A DNA stretch of 64,000 nt from positions 27,503 through 91,502 of the forward strand of contig SUUR01000001.1 of the NCBI GenBank assembly GCA_015062435.1, in the 5' to 3' direction. A model generated the notes under the pieces. That model was not told the DNA's origin and made no database searches. It saw nothing but the letters and a program-made list of their open reading frames with translations. The position numbers and the translations under genes were made by a program. The DNA is from Alphaproteobacteria bacterium (GTDB lineage Bacteria > Pseudomonadota > Alphaproteobacteria > RF32 > CAG-239). Of the stretch, positions 61,120 through 64,000 are shown in pieces. The stretch's first letter is position 1. Each line of letters starts with the position of its first letter.

Positions 61120-61929
61120 CTAAATTTTATATCTAATACAATCATATTTATTCAAATAATCTTCTGCTATATCAAAACCACACCCTAAAATATCAGTACT
61201 ATGAGCATCATCACTAATTAAAACCGGCACTTTTGATTTAATCAAATCATCAATAATCCACCTATCAGGAAAAGGTCTCCCGATTCTTCTAATACCACTG
61301 GTATTTATTTCGAAAGCTTGGTTGTATTCTTTTAAGGTATCTATAAGCTTATATTTTATATCATTCCATTTTTCATCAATACACAAATCAAATTGAGTAC
61401 AATAATCCATATGAGCAATAAAATTAAAATAACCACTTTTTACAGATTCTATTATATTGTTCCAGTAGTTTAACAAAAGCTCATTAAGATCCTCTTTTGT
61501 TATATTAGCAGGTAAAGAATCTAAATGATAAATATTATACATGTTATGCTCGTACTTATCTCGGATAAAATGAGTTGAACCTATCAAATAATCAGGTTTT
61601 AGTTCTTTTATAAATATCTCAAAACTATTACGCCACTCTTTTGATGGAAAAAAATCAACCTCAAATCCTTTTAAAACATTTATATTATATAAAGATGACA
61701 CTCTTTCTATTTCATCATAGCTACGCTTATATACATCAAGAGCTCTCTTAAAATCATTAAAAAACATTCTATGCCCTAAAGGTACATTTTGATGATATAC
61801 CAGATGATTACTAACTCCTATTTGTTCAAAACCTAGTTCACAAGCTTTTGAAATCATCTCCTCGCATGTTGATCTCCCATCAAATACCCCATCAAAATTA
61901 TTATGTGTATGATATGTATATTTTTGCAT
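61120..61929 (-). CDS. PHP-domain (histidinol-phosphatase-like) metal-dependent phosphoesterase
   Basis: Start reset to MQKYTYHTHNNFDG (HxH motif; AAGGAA RBS); later His/Asp motifs (GVSNHL, DDAHS); the ORF-track start at 61968 would overlap mnmG. Confidence 0.5.
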   Translation of the reverse strand: MQKYTYHTHNNFDGVFDGRSTCEEMISKACELGFEQIGVSNHLVYHQNVPLGHRMFFNDFKRALDVYKRSYDEIERVSSLYNINVLKGFEVDFFPSKEWRNSFEIFIKELKPDYLIGSTHFIRDKYEHNMYNIYHLDSLPANITKEDLNELLLNYWNNIIESVKSGYFNFIAHMDYCTQFDLCIDEKWNDIKYKLIDTLKEYNQAFEINTSGIRRIGRPFPDRWIIDDLIKSKVPVLISDDAHSTDILGCGFDIAEDYLNKYDCIRYKI

Positions 61930-61958
61930 ATTAATTCCTTTTTTAATACAGTCAAACT

Positions 61959-63821
61959 TTAAATACACTGTTTATTTTTAAGGTATCCCAAAATAGCAGC
62001 GATTGCGGCCGGAGTCACACCAGGTATACGAGAAGCCTCTCCAATTGTTGATGGTCTGACTTTTGATAATTTTGCAACCATTTCCCTTGATAAGCCACCT
62101 ATTGAAGAATAATCTATATTATCACTTAGCCGTAAGTTTTCATCTTTTTTAAATGTTTCAATATCTGCTAATTGTCTTTTAATATATCCGGAGTAACGAG
62201 ATTCTATTTCAATTTGTTCGTATATATTTTCCGGAATATTTTTAATTTGTGGCCAAATTGAAAATAAAGTTTCACGTGAAACATCATGATAAGACATAAG
62301 ATTAAAAAGTGTTCTTTTAGTACCATCTTTTTTGATATTTAATCCCAATTCTGAAACATCAGAATATGATACTTCCAGCTTATCAGATAAGCTTCTAAAA
62401 TCAGAAACAGCTGCCTTTTTAGCTTTAAATACAGTGTATCTTTCATTACTTACACATCCTATTTTGTAGCCTTTTTCAGTTAATCTGAAATCAGCATTAT
62501 CAGCTCGTAAAAACAATCTGTATTCTGAACGAGATGTAAACATTCTATAAGGCTCATCCACTCCTTTGGTTATCAAATCATCAATCATAACACCAATATA
62601 AGCCTCTGAACGATTAACTATAAATTTATCTTCACTACCTTTACTGTGCAAAGCCGCATTTATACCAGCAACTAAACCTTGTGCAGCTGCTTCCTCATAT
62701 CCGGTAGTACCATTTATCTGTCCAGCCAGAAAAAGTCCTGATATTTTTTTTACTTCCAAACAACTATTAAGCTCTTGAGGATCAACATAATCATATTCTA
62801 TGGCGTAGGCAGGGCGCAATATTTCTACATTTTCAAGACCTCTCATTGTATGTACAAACTCATCTTGAACATCTGCCGGTAAAGATGTAGAGATCCCATT
62901 AGGATAAACAACATTGGTATCTAAACCCTCAGGCTCAAGAAATATCTGATGACTTGTTCTATCCGCAAATTTAACCAATTTATCTTCAATACTTGGACAA
63001 TAACGAGGTCCTAAACCAGAAATGAGACCGGAAAAAAGAGCGCATTTAGAAAAATTATCTCTAATAATTTTATGAGTATTCTCATTTGTATGGGTTATAT
63101 AACAACTTATTTGCGGAGTTGTTATTTTATTATTCATAAAAGAAAAAGGTGAGGGGATAGTATCTCCTTCTTGTTTTTCGAGAATACTCCAATCAATTGT
63201 TTCACCATTTAATCGAGGAGGTGTTCCTGTTTTTAGGCGTCCGATTGTCAACCCTTTACTCTTTAAATACGGTGTTATTCCGCAACAAGATATATCATCA
63301 ACCCTTCCACCAACATATGTTTTATGACCTATAAACATTATACCATTTAAAAATGTTCCAGAGGTGATTATGGTACTATTTGATTTAATCTGTTGTCCAT
63401 CTGATAATATAATACCTTTCACAGTATCTTCTTCAAAAATAAGTCCCTCAACTGCTCCTTCTATTAGTGTTAAATTAGGTTGTTGTTGAAGCATCTCAAG
63501 CATGTATTGCTTATATAAACTTCTATCTGCTTGCGCTCTAGGACCTCTTACGGCAGGACCCTTTGATGCATTAAGCATTCTGAATTGTATTCCTGCTTTA
63601 TCTATAACTCTACCCATTAATCCATCAAGAGCATCTATTTCTCTTACCAAATGTCCTTTTCCAAGCCCTCCTATTGCAGGATTACATGACATTTCACCAA
63701 TCGATGATATCTTGTGAGTTATAAGTGCTGTTTTTACACCCATACGAGCGGCTGCTGCACAAGCCTCACATCCAGCATGCCCACCACCAACAACAATTAC
63801 ATCAAAAAATTTATCTTCCAT
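61959..63821 (-). CDS. mnmG: tRNA uridine 5-carboxymethylaminomethyl modification enzyme MnmG (GidA)
   Basis: FAD-binding N-terminus [14 protein letters not shown]; 620 aa. Confidence 0.95.
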   Translation of the reverse strand: MEDKFFDVIVVGGGHAGCEACAAAARMGVKTALITHKISSIGEMSCNPAIGGLGKGHLVREIDALDGLMGRVIDKAGIQFRMLNASKGPAVRGPRAQADRSLYKQYMLEMLQQQPNLTLIEGAVEGLIFEEDTVKGIILSDGQQIKSNSTIITSGTFLNGIMFIGHKTYVGGRVDDISCCGITPYLKSKGLTIGRLKTGTPPRLNGETIDWSILEKQEGDTIPSPFSFMNNKITTPQISCYITHTNENTHKIIRDNFSKCALFSGLISGLGPRYCPSIEDKLVKFADRTSHQIFLEPEGLDTNVVYPNGISTSLPADVQDEFVHTMRGLENVEILRPAYAIEYDYVDPQELNSCLEVKKISGLFLAGQINGTTGYEEAAAQGLVAGINAALHSKGSEDKFIVNRSEAYIGVMIDDLITKGVDEPYRMFTSRSEYRLFLRADNADFRLTEKGYKIGCVSNERYTVFKAKKAAVSDFRSLSDKLEVSYSDVSELGLNIKKDGTKRTLFNLMSYHDVSRETLFSIWPQIKNIPENIYEQIEIESRYSGYIKRQLADIETFKKDENLRLSDNIDYSSIGGLSREMVAKLSKVRPSTIGEASRIPGVTPAAIAAILGYLKNKQCI

Positions 63822-63832
63822 TGAATATACCT

Positions 63833-64000
63833 TATTTACCTATACAAAAAGATCCGAAAATTTTATCAAGTATTTCATCAACTTCAACTCTACCTGTTAT
63901 TTTTCCAAGTTCTCTTGAAGCTAATCTTATATCCTCTGCACTAAGTTCTATATCTTTGTCAAAGCTGAACATATTTAAATTTATTAATGCATTTTTTAAT
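63833..64000 (-). CDS. mnmE: tRNA modification GTPase MnmE, C-terminal fragment (gene continues beyond the window)
   Basis: Minus-strand translation ends ...GSFCIGK*, the conserved MnmE C-terminal CIGK motif; upstream of mnmG. Confidence 0.8.

Overview
This 64-kb window reads as an origin-proximal chromosomal segment from a very AT-rich (about 30% GC by eye), gene-dense alphaproteobacterium; the reduced, housekeeping-dominated content suggests a Rickettsiales/Holosporales-like lifestyle. The alphaproteobacterial call rests on three things: a PTS-Ntr-style module (EIIA-Man plus HPr, with a C-terminal-domain-only HprK elsewhere), a CcrM-like beta-class DNA methyltransferase, and an IalB-family protein. 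Core replication and segregation genes dominate: rpsT-dnaA-dnaN-recF, xthA, gyrB, polA, dnaX-ybaB-recR, radA, parE, rpsB-tsf, parB-parA-rsmG, mnmG and the 3' end of mnmE. Cell-envelope genes (PBP1A-family, LpoA-like, EnvC-like M23 peptidase, CtpA, MlaEF, KdsB, LolA, porin) and translation/RNA-modification genes (tsaB, tsaE, rlmN, rsmI, cca, rppH) fill most of the rest. Beyond the ORF track I call three RNA-level features from sequence: one tRNA-Ala(GGC) on the minus strand at 53590..53665, an SRP (4.5S) RNA just upstream of dnaX at about 42620..42706, and several rho-independent terminators. I see no transposase, integrase, CRISPR array or restriction partner. The most unusual element is a 760-aa orphan protein (23661..25943) wedged on the opposite strand between gyrB and polA. 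Its N-terminal region carries an HExxHxxGxxH zinc site followed by a Cx4CxM-x17-CxxC cysteine motif. That is an archaemetzincin (M54)-like metzincin signature, fused to a C-terminal extension of about 500 aa with no recognisable domains. It is a candidate secreted effector protease. Other points worth follow-up are: an 0.9-kb non-coding region upstream of dnaA with four tandem ~95-bp degenerate repeats; an unannotated 48-codon Ser-rich, CGCGSKY-terminated small ORF with a perfect Shine-Dalgarno sequence; an orphan CcrM-like methyltransferase translationally coupled to the PTS genes; a small CPC/CHC cysteine-rich protein; a PHP-domain gene inserted inside the mnmG-rsmG-parAB cluster; and sensor/regulator proteins lacking partner domains. 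All functional calls rest on motif recognition by eye. None has been checked against a database.
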